In this document: piece by piece, positions 33,870 through 43,643 of the stretch
Layout: every line of letters starts with the position of its first letter
Position numbering within the stretch: position 1 is the stretch's first letter
IMG/VR virus record: IMGVR_UViG_3300028805_000056
Coordinates: 32,001-96,000 of that record
From: a virus
Taxonomy: Duplodnaviria; Caudoviricetes
Direction: 5' to 3' (one strand)
Length of the DNA stretch: 64,000 nucleotides
Position numbers and translations under genes: made by a program
Notes under the pieces: generated by a model
Told to the model about the DNA's origin: nothing
What the model saw: only the letters and a program-made list of their open reading frames with translations
The model's database searches: none

Positions 33870-35666
33870 ATGATAATATGCATAATAGTTATGATTGAAA
33901 ATTATAATGTATTTAAGGGAATCAAACAAGTTTTTGAATCCACATACACAGCATTGACAAATAGCCAAAAGGAAGGCTACCTTTGGTTCGTAAGAAAAGA
34001 CAGTGCAACCACGGTTGGCGATGTTTATTTTGGGGCTAAAAAATATGCCGAAGCCACCGATATAAGCATTAAGGCGGATAAGTCAGAAGCAATCAGTGCG
34101 TTGTCTCTTACTATGGACAGCGAGTATAAACTGACTCTATCAGGAAGGACAGCTGATGGTTCCGGTTTCACTGTTTCTGATGTAATTGATCTCCCATTGG
34201 AAACAATGGTTGTCAGTGGTGCATATGACAGTGCAAACACACAGATTGTCTTAACCTTAAAGAACGGTAGTACCACAAGTTTCCCTGTATCGGCATTGGT
34301 TGATGGTTTACAGAGTGAGATTACAACAGGAAATACACTTTCCGCTGATCTTATCTCTGACGGAACAACAAACAAGGTAGTTACTGGTACGGATAAGACA
34401 AATTGGAACAATGCGTCAAGTAGTGCACATAGCCACGACAATAAGACCGTTCTTGACGACATTTCCTCAAGTGATGTTGACAAGTGGGATGCTGCTATTC
34501 AGGGCGTAAGGGTAAATGGTGTTGACATAACACCTGATACCGGTAATGTGATAGACATAACAATTTCTGAAGGAGAAGGAGGAGATGATACTGATTATAG
34601 TACACAGTATCTGACATTTGAGGCAATAGAAGACACTACATTCACATTTACGCGAAATCCACTTCAATACAGTTTAGATGGTGGTGCTACTTGGACGAGT
34701 TTATCCAGCAATTCACATACGCCAACAGTGAGTGCCGGTAATAAGATACTTTGGAAACAAGGTACTACTACACCGTCTATCACTCAGAATTATGGTATGG
34801 GTACTTTCTCTGCAACAGGAAGTTTCAAGGCTTACGGTAATGTGATGAGTTTATGTTACGGAGATAATTTTATTGGAGAAGTTAGTCTATCTGGAAAGAA
34901 CTATATACTTCAAAGATTATTCAGACAAAACACATATTTGGTTGATTCATCAAATCTTGTATTACCTGCAACCACATTAGCAAATCAATGTTATGATTCT
35001 ATGTTCTCTGGTTGTACTTCATTGACAAGTGCACCTAAAATATTACCTGCAACTTCACTGACATATTATTGTTATCAAGAAATGTTCGAAGGTTGTACAT
35101 CATTGACAAGTGCTCCTGAATTACCGGCACCTACTTTAAAGATGTATTCTTATTCTTTTATGTTCAATGGTTGTACATCATTAAGTTATATAAAATGTCT
35201 TGCAACTGATATATCTGCAAGTAATTGTACATATAATTGGGTACAAAATGTTAGTTCAACTGGTGTGTTTATTAAGGCTGATGGTATGAATGGATGGACT
35301 GTCGGTAATAACGGTATACCAACCGGTTGGGTTGACTCTACTGAATCAGAATATGGCTATGCACGCGGTTATCAAATACCAAAAAAGACTTCTGATTTGA
35401 CTAATGACAGCGGTTTTATAACGTCCGATAACATTTCGGGTAAGACTGATTCAACCACATTCGGTACACACTCAGCAACCACAATTGCAAATGGTACATC
35501 ATCACAGATGCACTTACCTACGGTATCTGCAAGTGACAACAACAAGGTACTTATGGTAGTGAACGGTGTTTGGACACTCGTTGCGCCTTCAATGATTTAT
35601 AGCGGAAGTGGTGCTCCTGACAATTCTCAGGGCAACAATGGTGACTTATATATACAGACAAGTTAA
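33870..35666 (+). CDS. Putative tail-fibre/adhesin protein with an LRR-like cassette
   Basis: LPATTL...CY..MF.GCTSL repeats; SDLTNDSGFIT; C-terminal SGSGAPDNSQGNNGDLYIQ; likely start at 33891. Confidence 0.7.
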   Translation: MIICIIVMIENYNVFKGIKQVFESTYTALTNSQKEGYLWFVRKDSATTVGDVYFGAKKYAEATDISIKADKSEAISALSLTMDSEYKLTLSGRTADGSGFTVSDVIDLPLETMVVSGAYDSANTQIVLTLKNGSTTSFPVSALVDGLQSEITTGNTLSADLISDGTTNKVVTGTDKTNWNNASSSAHSHDNKTVLDDISSSDVDKWDAAIQGVRVNGVDITPDTGNVIDITISEGEGGDDTDYSTQYLTFEAIEDTTFTFTRNPLQYSLDGGATWTSLSSNSHTPTVSAGNKILWKQGTTTPSITQNYGMGTFSATGSFKAYGNVMSLCYGDNFIGEVSLSGKNYILQRLFRQNTYLVDSSNLVLPATTLANQCYDSMFSGCTSLTSAPKILPATSLTYYCYQEMFEGCTSLTSAPELPAPTLKMYSYSFMFNGCTSLSYIKCLATDISASNCTYNWVQNVSSTGVFIKADGMNGWTVGNNGIPTGWVDSTESEYGYARGYQIPKKTSDLTNDSGFITSDNISGKTDSTTFGTHSATTIANGTSSQMHLPTVSASDNNKVLMVVNGVWTLVAPSMIYSGSGAPDNSQGNNGDLYIQTS

Positions 35667-35728
35667 CTATGACAATTATATAATGAAAATGGTACCAAGA
35701 TTTTGGTACCATTTTTTTTTCTTTTTGA

Positions 35729-36160
35729 TCAGCCTATACATCTATTGACTGACACATCGGCATATCTGATTATTTTACCATTATATGTATAACCGTGTTT
35801 GATTATTCCACTAACCGTGTTATCTTCCATTAGAGTGTTATCTGTGGTGAAAACGGCGTTGTATTTTTCGTCATCGAACTTATCTCCGACATTACCGAAC
35901 CTCTCTATTCCTATAGATGACAAGGCTTTCACAAGTTTCTTATATATTCCCTTCAGTGTCGGGTCCCCGTAATTCAGACCAATTGTCAGGTCATCTATAA
36001 TTGGGAGGATTTTAAGAATTATCTCACTTTGTGAAGAATCAACCGCATTTGTCAAATTCTTTCTCGATGTCTTCTTGTAATTTTCAAAATCAGCCAATAG
36101 TCTGATATATTTGTCATACAACTCGTCATATGACATTTCGTTTCCTATTTCTTGTTCCAT
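35729..36160 (-). CDS. grpE: Nucleotide exchange factor GrpE
   Basis: YIRLLADFENYKK, ILPIIDDL, GDKFD, GYTYNGKIIRYADVSV. Confidence 0.88.
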   Translation of the reverse strand: MEQEIGNEMSYDELYDKYIRLLADFENYKKTSRKNLTNAVDSSQSEIILKILPIIDDLTIGLNYGDPTLKGIYKKLVKALSSIGIERFGNVGDKFDDEKYNAVFTTDNTLMEDNTVSGIIKHGYTYNGKIIRYADVSVNRCIG

Positions 36161-36171
36161 ATTACCAAAAT

Positions 36172-36888
36172 TTATTTATGTATGGCTAAATGTGTTTCCC
36201 AATCGCCCCATTGCCACTTTATTTCATATCCTAATCCTTCAATGAAGTTTACCATTTGATCATGGGTTTCCTGCGTCATACCATAATATCCAACTTCCCA
36301 TAATTCAAACAGGATTGGTGGATAGTTGTTTCGGATTATTGTACCTAAACCGCCTTTTAGAACCTGATATTCCATTCCCTCAACGTCGATCTTAATAAAT
36401 CCGATGTTATTTAAATCAAAACTGTCCAAGGTGAGACATTGTGCTTTTTTTGAATTTTTCTTATCAAAGACATTACTGTTTATCTTGCTTGTGTATTCTG
36501 TGTTGAAACCGTCATAGTCAATACATTCAATCTTGTCGGATAAAAGTACATTATGAACATCACATTTGTCTAACTTACCGTGTAGTAACATATTAAATTC
36601 AGCCAATACACAATTCTCCCTGTTTCCATCAAACATATGATAGTGGTTAAACTCTGTGGCGAATGAAAATGTCCCAACGTGTGAGCCAATGTCTATCATC
36701 GATTTTGAAAAGTCGAAATAGCCATCTTCATTTTCATTAATTTTAATGATGGTGTTAGCCTCCCAACAATACAACTCATTGTCATCTATGAAGATCCGTT
36801 CTGGATAATTCATTGCATATCCATCATTTGGTAATAGTTTTGTATCAACCAAATATTGTTTAAAACCTATTTCTTTTATCTTCTCCAT
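36172..36888 (-). CDS. FkbM-family methyltransferase
   Basis: IDIGSHVG, TLDSF, FIKIDVEGMEYQVLKG, PILFE; start taken at MEKIKE. Confidence 0.85.
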   Translation of the reverse strand: MEKIKEIGFKQYLVDTKLLPNDGYAMNYPERIFIDDNELYCWEANTIIKINENEDGYFDFSKSMIDIGSHVGTFSFATEFNHYHMFDGNRENCVLAEFNMLLHGKLDKCDVHNVLLSDKIECIDYDGFNTEYTSKINSNVFDKKNSKKAQCLTLDSFDLNNIGFIKIDVEGMEYQVLKGGLGTIIRNNYPPILFELWEVGYYGMTQETHDQMVNFIEGLGYEIKWQWGDWETHLAIHK

Positions 36889-37046
36889 ATTACAAATATA
36901 CAAAAAAAATACGAGACGTTTCACAACGTCCCGTATCCGCATCGAGTGTTGTTCCTAAGGCTATCAAGCAGTCAGCACTCGTTTAATTTGTTATATTTTC
37001 TAAAAAAAAAGAGGCGGGGTACCGATAACCCCGTCTCGTTGTGACG

Positions 37047-37499
37047 CTACTGGATCAACAGTTTGCGTCCCTTGTCTTCTACAAGCGGTTTTTCTTCCTT
37101 CTTTGGCATTGTGATAACCAATACACCGTCTTTTACAGACGCATTGATACCATCCTCTGCCACATTTTCGGGAATCTCAATAGAGCGACTGAATTCTGAT
37201 GAAGACCATTCCTTAGAAATAATCTTACCGTCATCATCCTTCTTCTCTTTCTTGTTTTCATCCTTGTAGTTTACACATACAACCCCATCCTTAACTTCGA
37301 TATCAAGATGTTCTTTATTCAATCCTGGAATGGCTATTTCAAATTCGTAACCCTTGTCGGTTTCCTTTGAATTTGTTCTTGGGAAGTCAGTAAGTGTACT
37401 CACGTTGAAAAAGTCACGCGAAAATGCTTCAGTGTCGAAGTACGGAAAAAAGCTGTCACTGAAAATTGTACTTAAATAATTCTTCATAATAACCTCCAA
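37047..37499 (-). CDS. Hsp20/alpha-crystallin small heat-shock protein
   Basis: EIAIPGLNKE, FSRSIEIP, ASVKDGVLVITMPK. Confidence 0.9.
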   Translation of the reverse strand: MEVIMKNYLSTIFSDSFFPYFDTEAFSRDFFNVSTLTDFPRTNSKETDKGYEFEIAIPGLNKEHLDIEVKDGVVCVNYKDENKKEKKDDDGKIISKEWSSSEFSRSIEIPENVAEDGINASVKDGVLVITMPKKEEKPLVEDKGRKLLIQ

Positions 37500-37539
37500 T
37501 TTTTAAATAAATTATTATTATATGTGTCTATAGACATTG

Positions 37540-37614
37540 TAGGGTAGACAGGATTTGAACCTGCGACCACAGCATCCCAAATGCCGCATTCTAACCGGGC
37601 TGAACTACTACCCT
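37540..37614 (-). tRNA. tRNA-Pro(UGG)
   Basis: CGGCA-TT-TGG-GA-TGCTG; A1-U72. Confidence 0.88.
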
Positions 37615-37642
37615 ATCTTTTTCAAATATACAAAAATTATTT

Positions 37643-38071
37643 TTATAATAAACAATTCTTGACACATTCTGAGACTAATTTACCATCAGCACCGATCAAA
37701 ACATTCTTAATCTCCTTGATAACTACTCCCATTTGTTTCTTTTCAACACCATTAGGATAATGTTGTCTAAGATACTCTCTAATATCATCCTCAGTTGGCA
37801 ATGCAGGAAGTAATGCTTGAAGTACATCAGCCTGAGCCAATTCGTCATTAGCCAAGTCTTGTCTATTGTTGTTCTTATATATTTCAGCAGAATTCATCCT
37901 GTCATCAATCATCTTCCTTATGAGATTGATCTCTTCGGTTTCATTGTATTCCTTCGCATTCTTTGCTGTCTTGAATTCAAGAATCTTTGCCTTTAACAAC
38001 TTGTAAGTCTCGGAAGCCACCTTATCATGAGCCTTCATAGCCTCCATAATCTTCTTATTAACATCTATCAT
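37643..38071 (-). CDS. GatB/YqeY domain protein
   Basis: AMKAHDK, RQDLANDE, LP, MGVVIK, ADGKLVS. Confidence 0.88.
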   Translation of the reverse strand: MIDVNKKIMEAMKAHDKVASETYKLLKAKILEFKTAKNAKEYNETEEINLIRKMIDDRMNSAEIYKNNNRQDLANDELAQADVLQALLPALPTEDDIREYLRQHYPNGVEKKQMGVVIKEIKNVLIGADGKLVSECVKNCLL

Positions 38072-38355
38072 AATCTTTTTAATTTAATATATTACCATTT
38101 AGATCAGTTAACTCTCCATTATTATTTATTAAACAATTATAACCAATAGTTAACTCATACCAATAATCAATATCTTTATATAGTATTAACATCATTTGTG
38201 CCAAAATTTATAACAATGTACATAATTTTTTTTTTGGATATTTCTCGGGTTTCATCGTCATATGGTTTATAATACATGGCTTGTTGTAACCTCCAAAACT
38301 AATACAATCTTCACACTTTGTAAATTTCTGTTTATCCATTTTTAATTTCCTTTTT

Positions 38356-38610
38356 TTATAACCTCTTTATGTCTTCCTTACATATTTCAATTCCGTTTCT
38401 TGTGAATTCCTTGAATTTCTCCTTCATTTCATCAGAAATGTCTGCATCGTCAATGACACTGTATATCTTTTCAAGAATGCCTAATGATACTTCAGCATCT
38501 TCTTTAGTTAAAATATTGTCACTGCTGATCAATGAAACAAAGAATAGACTATATGTTGTTTCATTCTTTGCCAATTCCTCTATAAAATCACTCGTTATGT
38601 TGTATTCCAT
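38356..38610 (-). CDS. Hypothetical protein
   Basis: Start taken at MEYNIT, downstream of TATATTTG. Confidence 0.6.
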   Translation of the reverse strand: MEYNITSDFIEELAKNETTYSLFFVSLISSDNILTKEDAEVSLGILEKIYSVIDDADISDEMKEKFKEFTRNGIEICKEDIKRL

Positions 38611-38815
38611 ATCATTAACAAATATACATTTTTTTCCAATATAGACAAAAAAAAAACCTCCATTCATTCTTTTGGAACTCTTGGAGGCTGGAGAATATGA
38701 TAGTGCTTTAAAGCTATGAAGCCATAATTAATTGAACTATATGTAGTTATCTTTTTTCAATCATAAATACTTTTAAAAACAAAAAAAGAACGATTTTTTC
38801 TACATTTTTTTTTTC

Positions 38816-39208
38816 TTATTTTTTTTCAAAATAGAATTTACCGTCCCATTCATTGAACGTCATTATTCCATATTGCATAGCAAGACGTGTCTGAAATGTT
38901 GAACGGCAACTCTTTTGTAGTCGTTCCTTTATGTTGTCACGAAAACCCTCAAGGTCTGTCATTCCCTTATAGAAATTACAAGCACGACAACTTGGCATCA
39001 GATTATCAATTCCATCCATACTGCCATCCTTTATCATATTCTCTATTGGTTCACGTTGTTCCTTCGTACCGTACACGCTCCACATATATGGTACTATGTG
39101 ATCAACCTGCATATCCTTATACTCTATTTCTTTTCCACAATATGCACAGTGACCGTTGTACTTGTCATAAACCTGTTGACGTATTTCTTTAGGTATTCTT
39201 TTTCTCAT
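38816..39208 (-). CDS. HNH endonuclease
   Basis: GHCAYCG...MQVDHIVP...NLMPSCRACNFYK. Confidence 0.88.
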   Translation of the reverse strand: MRKRIPKEIRQQVYDKYNGHCAYCGKEIEYKDMQVDHIVPYMWSVYGTKEQREPIENMIKDGSMDGIDNLMPSCRACNFYKGMTDLEGFRDNIKERLQKSCRSTFQTRLAMQYGIMTFNEWDGKFYFEKK

Positions 39209-39960
39209 TTTTCCTTTAATCTGTTTTCGGCATATTCACATTGTGCTTGTGAAATTTCTGATCCTATATAGAACATATTCATATTTTTACACGCTTTTGC
39301 TGTTGTTCCTGTGCCCATAAACGGATCATAAACTATCATACCTTCCTTACCGTATATATTGAACAGTTTCTCACAGAGTTCGGTACTATATGTAGCCTGA
39401 TTGATGTTTCTTGTCTCTCCGTCGTTGTTCTTTGCCTCGACAAAGTTATAATATATATTATAGTATTTCTGTCCTGTTTTCTCGGAGATGCTCTTTACAC
39501 CCTTATTGCAAACAAATGTATCGATATCACTCTTCCTTACAAACACCCATATGAATTCCCAATTTCTTGAAAGTCTCCTCTCATTTGCTGGGAATGGAAG
39601 ACCACTTGTTTTCTTCCATATGATAGTGTCCGCGAGACACCAATTCGTCCTGGCATACAATTCACTTACTAATATATAAGGTAATGTGGGATTCTCTATT
39701 GAGTAGGAGAAATTATATAATACAACACCATTTTCCTTTACGATTCGATCAAAACGGTCAAACAACTTGGTTGTCATATTAACATACTCGTCAACGGACA
39801 GCCAATCAGTATACACATCATATCTCCCCGTATCGGCGTTTCCACCCTTTCTCTTTGTCATATTATACGGAGGGGATGTCATCACCATATCAATTGAATA
39901 TTCCTCAATTTTGTCAATGGTGATGAAACAATCCTCATTATAAATCTTATTGACCTCCAT
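39205..39960 (-). CDS. DNA amino-methyltransferase (beta class)
   Basis: TSPPY and DPFMGTGTT. Confidence 0.9.
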   Translation of the reverse strand: MEVNKIYNEDCFITIDKIEEYSIDMVMTSPPYNMTKRKGGNADTGRYDVYTDWLSVDEYVNMTTKLFDRFDRIVKENGVVLYNFSYSIENPTLPYILVSELYARTNWCLADTIIWKKTSGLPFPANERRLSRNWEFIWVFVRKSDIDTFVCNKGVKSISEKTGQKYYNIYYNFVEAKNNDGETRNINQATYSTELCEKLFNIYGKEGMIVYDPFMGTGTTAKACKNMNMFYIGSEISQAQCEYAENRLKEK

Positions 39961-39963
39961 ATA

Positions 39964-40416
39964 TTACTTCTTCTTCCTTGCTTCCTTGGCCTCCTTTTCC
40001 TCATCAGCAATCTGTTGGAGAGTGAGAAGTGCAAGTTCAGCCTTTTCAACGGCGATGTTTCCGAACTTGTGATACAACCCGATAGGGATGTTCAGTTCAG
40101 GCTTCGTGATTACAATCTTGTCCTTGTCCATATCATAACTGATTTGACTAAGAAGAGAACGAATCCAAATTTCCTGTGTTTGTTCATCCACACGATCAAA
40201 TGCATCCTCATAAATTGCAACAGCAACTGTAGAGTTGTCACCTGTGAATAGTTCTACAAGGTCGTTAGCCTTCAATACTTGTCCGACTTCCTTCTTACTC
40301 TTCTTAAGACGAACTGGTGTGACATTGATACCTGTAGCCCTAAGACCCATCTCATTTGCAAGGTTTTTTACCTTTTCCTCTAAATAAGAGGACAAATCTT
40401 TTGAATATTTTCCCAT
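39964..40416 (-). CDS. Hypothetical protein
   Basis: 150 aa; TATATTTG upstream. Confidence 0.7.
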   Translation of the reverse strand: MGKYSKDLSSYLEEKVKNLANEMGLRATGINVTPVRLKKSKKEVGQVLKANDLVELFTGDNSTVAVAIYEDAFDRVDEQTQEIWIRSLLSQISYDMDKDKIVITKPELNIPIGLYHKFGNIAVEKAELALLTLQQIADEEKEAKEARKKK

Positions 40417-40627
40417 AATTAAAAAGTTTTAATGTATGACAAATATACATTTTTGTTTTAAAAAAACGGAAAAAAGAGATAATCTATATAACTGTATATG
40501 TATGCGCGTGCGTATATAAGTACTTTAAGTACAACATGACATTCCATGGGCCTCCATGCTTAAAAACCATGCATGCCACGGTAAAAAAAAAATATTAAAT
40601 TTAAAAAATTATTTATATATTTGAAAT

Positions 40628-40909
40628 ATGAAAAAGGAATATAAACTGTTTAATAGGGATAATTTACCTGTAAGTCTAAAACTTATAGAGGACAATGACT
40701 ACCGTTTGGTTATTGATGGCGAAAACGCATATATCAGTATATCAAAACTCGGTGACGAATATAAGTTTATTGATCCGCAAGGAGGACCAATGATTGCACT
40801 TGGCGGACTTTTGGAATGCGGTAATGAGATAATCAAGGTAAAAGAAATATCCTATGATGAAGAAAATAAGTCATTTGTGTGTAAGTTGAAGAAGATAAGA
40901 AACAAATGA
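40628..40909 (+). CDS. Hypothetical protein
   Basis: First plus-strand gene after the strand switch; TATATTTG upstream. Confidence 0.65.
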   Translation: MKKEYKLFNRDNLPVSLKLIEDNDYRLVIDGENAYISISKLGDEYKFIDPQGGPMIALGGLLECGNEIIKVKEISYDEENKSFVCKLKKIRNK

Positions 40910-41154
40910 AAAGCAAGAATATAACCAACATAGCAATATTTGAAGAAATCATTGTATTTGTTTCAACTTTATTGCTTTTATATATGAAAGTGTATGCTAT
41001 AAATGAGATGAGTTGGTGGGCATTACTATATCCAATTGGAATTGCAGTTGGCATCAATGTTATCTTACTTATTCTATCTTTTGTAATGTTGATCATCGGA
41101 GCATTTAATAAAAAGAACTATATTAATGGAGAAAACAATGGAGAACGAGTGTGA
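40906..41154 (+). CDS. Two-TM membrane protein
   Basis: Two hydrophobic segments. Confidence 0.6.
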   Translation: MKSKNITNIAIFEEIIVFVSTLLLLYMKVYAINEMSWWALLYPIGIAVGINVILLILSFVMLIIGAFNKKNYINGENNGERV

Positions 41155-41617
41155 AGAAAGACCCTTATGTATGAGATGTGACCACGAGTTAGTCGAGGTT
41201 GATGCAGGGCTAACAGGAGAAGAACTTGGAGTAAGAGAATTTAACTGTCCCTATTGCGGTGAAATTGAAATATTCTATCCTTGCCCTGAGGAAGATAGGG
41301 AAAACTATGCCTATTATAATGATGAAAACGAGGATACACTCGGTGGTTGTGATCACGGATATCCCGGACTCTGCCCACAATGCGGCAGTCACATCATATG
41401 GGGTTCTGACTTTATGAGGTCAGAAGTGCTCGGTGATGTTGACGAGGACGATGTTGATGAGTATGGCATTCCTAATGATGATGCACTTGCAAGTAGCGTA
41501 CATTGCCCACACTGCGGAGCAAGTATTGATGTTATCGATGCAAAACCATCCGAATATCATCTATATCCTCTATATAAGAATTGCGAAAACACGGAAGAAG
41601 ATGATAGTACTACCTGA
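41126..41617 (+). CDS. Acidic double zinc-ribbon protein
   Basis: Four CxxC motifs. Confidence 0.7.
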   Translation: MEKTMENECEERPLCMRCDHELVEVDAGLTGEELGVREFNCPYCGEIEIFYPCPEEDRENYAYYNDENEDTLGGCDHGYPGLCPQCGSHIIWGSDFMRSEVLGDVDEDDVDEYGIPNDDALASSVHCPHCGASIDVIDAKPSEYHLYPLYKNCENTEEDDSTT

Positions 41618-43265
41618 TATACACGGAAGAGATTTTTGGAAAGATGCGGTAAAGGGTCACGAGAATGAACTTATCATTTTTCTCGGAGACTATACTGATC
41701 CGTATAATTATGAGGGAATAACAAAGGAAAAGTGTCTTGAATCGATAAAAGAAGTCATAGCATTCAAAAAGGAACACCCTGACAATGTAATACTGTTGTT
41801 GGGAAACCACGACCTGAGTTACATCTATGACAGGGCACCTCAAGTCCGTTATGATTATCTGAATGCCGGTGAGATAAATAAACTGTTTATAAATAACATT
41901 GAACTCTTCCAAATCACGTACACAAAGGAAATAAACGGAAAGAGATACCTGTTCTCCCATTCAGGATTAATGCCCGAATGGTACAGATGGCACGAGAGAA
42001 ATGAGGAGATAGCACCAATAGAACTCGAACTTATGCCCGAGAAGATAAACGAAATGTTCAAAAACGACAGAGAACACATATGTAAATGGTTATCTGATGT
42101 TTCACCTGAACGTGGAGGAAGTTACTCAAGATGTTCGGGATTGGGGTCCTGTATATGGGGTGGAATCAGTGAATTGTACAGTTATCTCAAGAATCCAAGT
42201 TATGAGAACTTTACAAATACATTACAGATTGTAGGACACACACAATTAAGAGATACACCGGTAAATGAACGGAATTTCGTGTGTCTTGATGTAAGACGCG
42301 GATTTATATTGGATGAAGAGAGCGGAGAAATAACGGAAATGAATGGAAAAATAGTAAAGCCAAAGATGAAAGATGTGTTAGTTGTAGGTTCTGAAGGACA
42401 ATTAGGGCAAGAGATAACAAACAGATATCAATTGGTTGATAAGAATAATGCATATCACTTCACCACCTATGACGGAGAAAATAAACTTGACATAACTGAT
42501 TATGACTCTATCGAGAAATATGTTGAAAAATTACACATAGATTACATAGTGAATTGTGCAGCATATACAAATGTTGATAAGGCCGAGGAAGATTATGACA
42601 GCGCATATGATGTGAATGTGAAGGGTGTTGAAAATCTTGCGAAAATATGTAAGAAATATGACATAAAACTGATACACATTTCAACAGACTATGTGTTTGA
42701 CGGTGAGAAGAACGAGCCATATAAAGTTGATGATGCCACAAACCCAATAAACAACTATGGCTTGACAAAATGGCTTGGAGAACAGGCAATCAGAGATATC
42801 GGTTGTGACGCGCTTATAATAAGAACATCGTGGCTCTATTCATTATATGGCAATAATTTTGTCAAGAAGATGATAGAACTCTTCAATAAAAATGAAACAG
42901 TAAAGGTCGTAAGTGATCAATTCGGTTCACCAACAAATGCAATGGACTTGGCGGATTTCATCCTTACTGTACTTTCTGACGGTAATGTCAAAAACGAAAC
43001 GGTACAATTTTCAAACATCGGGGAAATATCGTGGTATGATTTTGCAAAGAAGATATATGAATATGCCATTGGCTTCGGAAATTCATTCAAATGCAATCAG
43101 ATTGTACCATGTAATACCGATGAATTCAAGACAATTGCAAAACGCCCGTATTACTCCGTAATGGACAAGAGCAAAATAAAGGAACTGTTTAACTATGATA
43201 TTCCAAATTGGGAAAATTCATTGAGAACATGCCTGTTGTATATGAACACCTTTAACTATTTATAG
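41601..43265 (+). CDS. Metallophosphoesterase fused to dTDP-4-dehydrorhamnose reductase (RmlD/RfbD)
   Basis: PDIHG, GDYTD, GNHD, SHSG, GHT; then GSEGQLG, NCAAYTNVDKAE, HISTDYVFDG, YGLTK, DQFGSPT; start taken at MIVLPD. Confidence 0.85.
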   Translation: MIVLPDIHGRDFWKDAVKGHENELIIFLGDYTDPYNYEGITKEKCLESIKEVIAFKKEHPDNVILLLGNHDLSYIYDRAPQVRYDYLNAGEINKLFINNIELFQITYTKEINGKRYLFSHSGLMPEWYRWHERNEEIAPIELELMPEKINEMFKNDREHICKWLSDVSPERGGSYSRCSGLGSCIWGGISELYSYLKNPSYENFTNTLQIVGHTQLRDTPVNERNFVCLDVRRGFILDEESGEITEMNGKIVKPKMKDVLVVGSEGQLGQEITNRYQLVDKNNAYHFTTYDGENKLDITDYDSIEKYVEKLHIDYIVNCAAYTNVDKAEEDYDSAYDVNVKGVENLAKICKKYDIKLIHISTDYVFDGEKNEPYKVDDATNPINNYGLTKWLGEQAIRDIGCDALIIRTSWLYSLYGNNFVKKMIELFNKNETVKVVSDQFGSPTNAMDLADFILTVLSDGNVKNETVQFSNIGEISWYDFAKKIYEYAIGFGNSFKCNQIVPCNTDEFKTIAKRPYYSVMDKSKIKELFNYDIPNWENSLRTCLLYMNTFNYL

Positions 43266-43282
43266 AAAACAATTTTAAAGAT

Positions 43283-43642
43283 ATGGGAATATTCAATTTT
43301 TTATTTAAAAAGAAAAATGACGCGGATAAGAAAGAAACCGCTAAGATTGAGGAACTTACATCTTCAGACATTGTCGTTGAGGAGAAAGAAAAAGAAACAG
43401 TTGTACCTAAAAAGGAATACACTTGTGAAATCCCCCTTTATGGACAATACAACTGGTTAGATGTTCAAGTGGAAACAAAGATGAAATACAGTGTCGAGGA
43501 CGGTAAATTGATTGTAAAGTCAGAAAACCCGATTCGTAAATCAAATGTGTCTGAAGACGTGACTGAAATTACAGTTAGAAGTCTTAAAGAAGTTAATAAA
43601 ATTATCCTGAACAAAGAACAAGGTCTAATTGAAGTTAAGTGA
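43283..43642 (+). CDS. Hypothetical protein
   Basis: 119 aa between rmlD and rmlA. Confidence 0.65.
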   Translation: MGIFNFLFKKKNDADKKETAKIEELTSSDIVVEEKEKETVVPKKEYTCEIPLYGQYNWLDVQVETKMKYSVEDGKLIVKSENPIRKSNVSEDVTEITVRSLKEVNKIILNKEQGLIEVK

Positions 43643-43643
43643 C

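Noticed and set aside
36972-36981. CIRCE/HrcA operator near the chaperone genes
   Set aside because: Only an imperfect half-site, without the N9-spaced partner
38190-38338. Phase-variable poly-A tract in a small ORF
   Set aside because: The ORF is very short, A/T runs are common in this window, and it cannot be distinguished from sequencing error
41433-41600. N-terminal extension of the phosphoesterase-RmlD ORF
   Set aside because: It overlaps the upstream gene, and the domain starts at MIVLPDIHG (41601)
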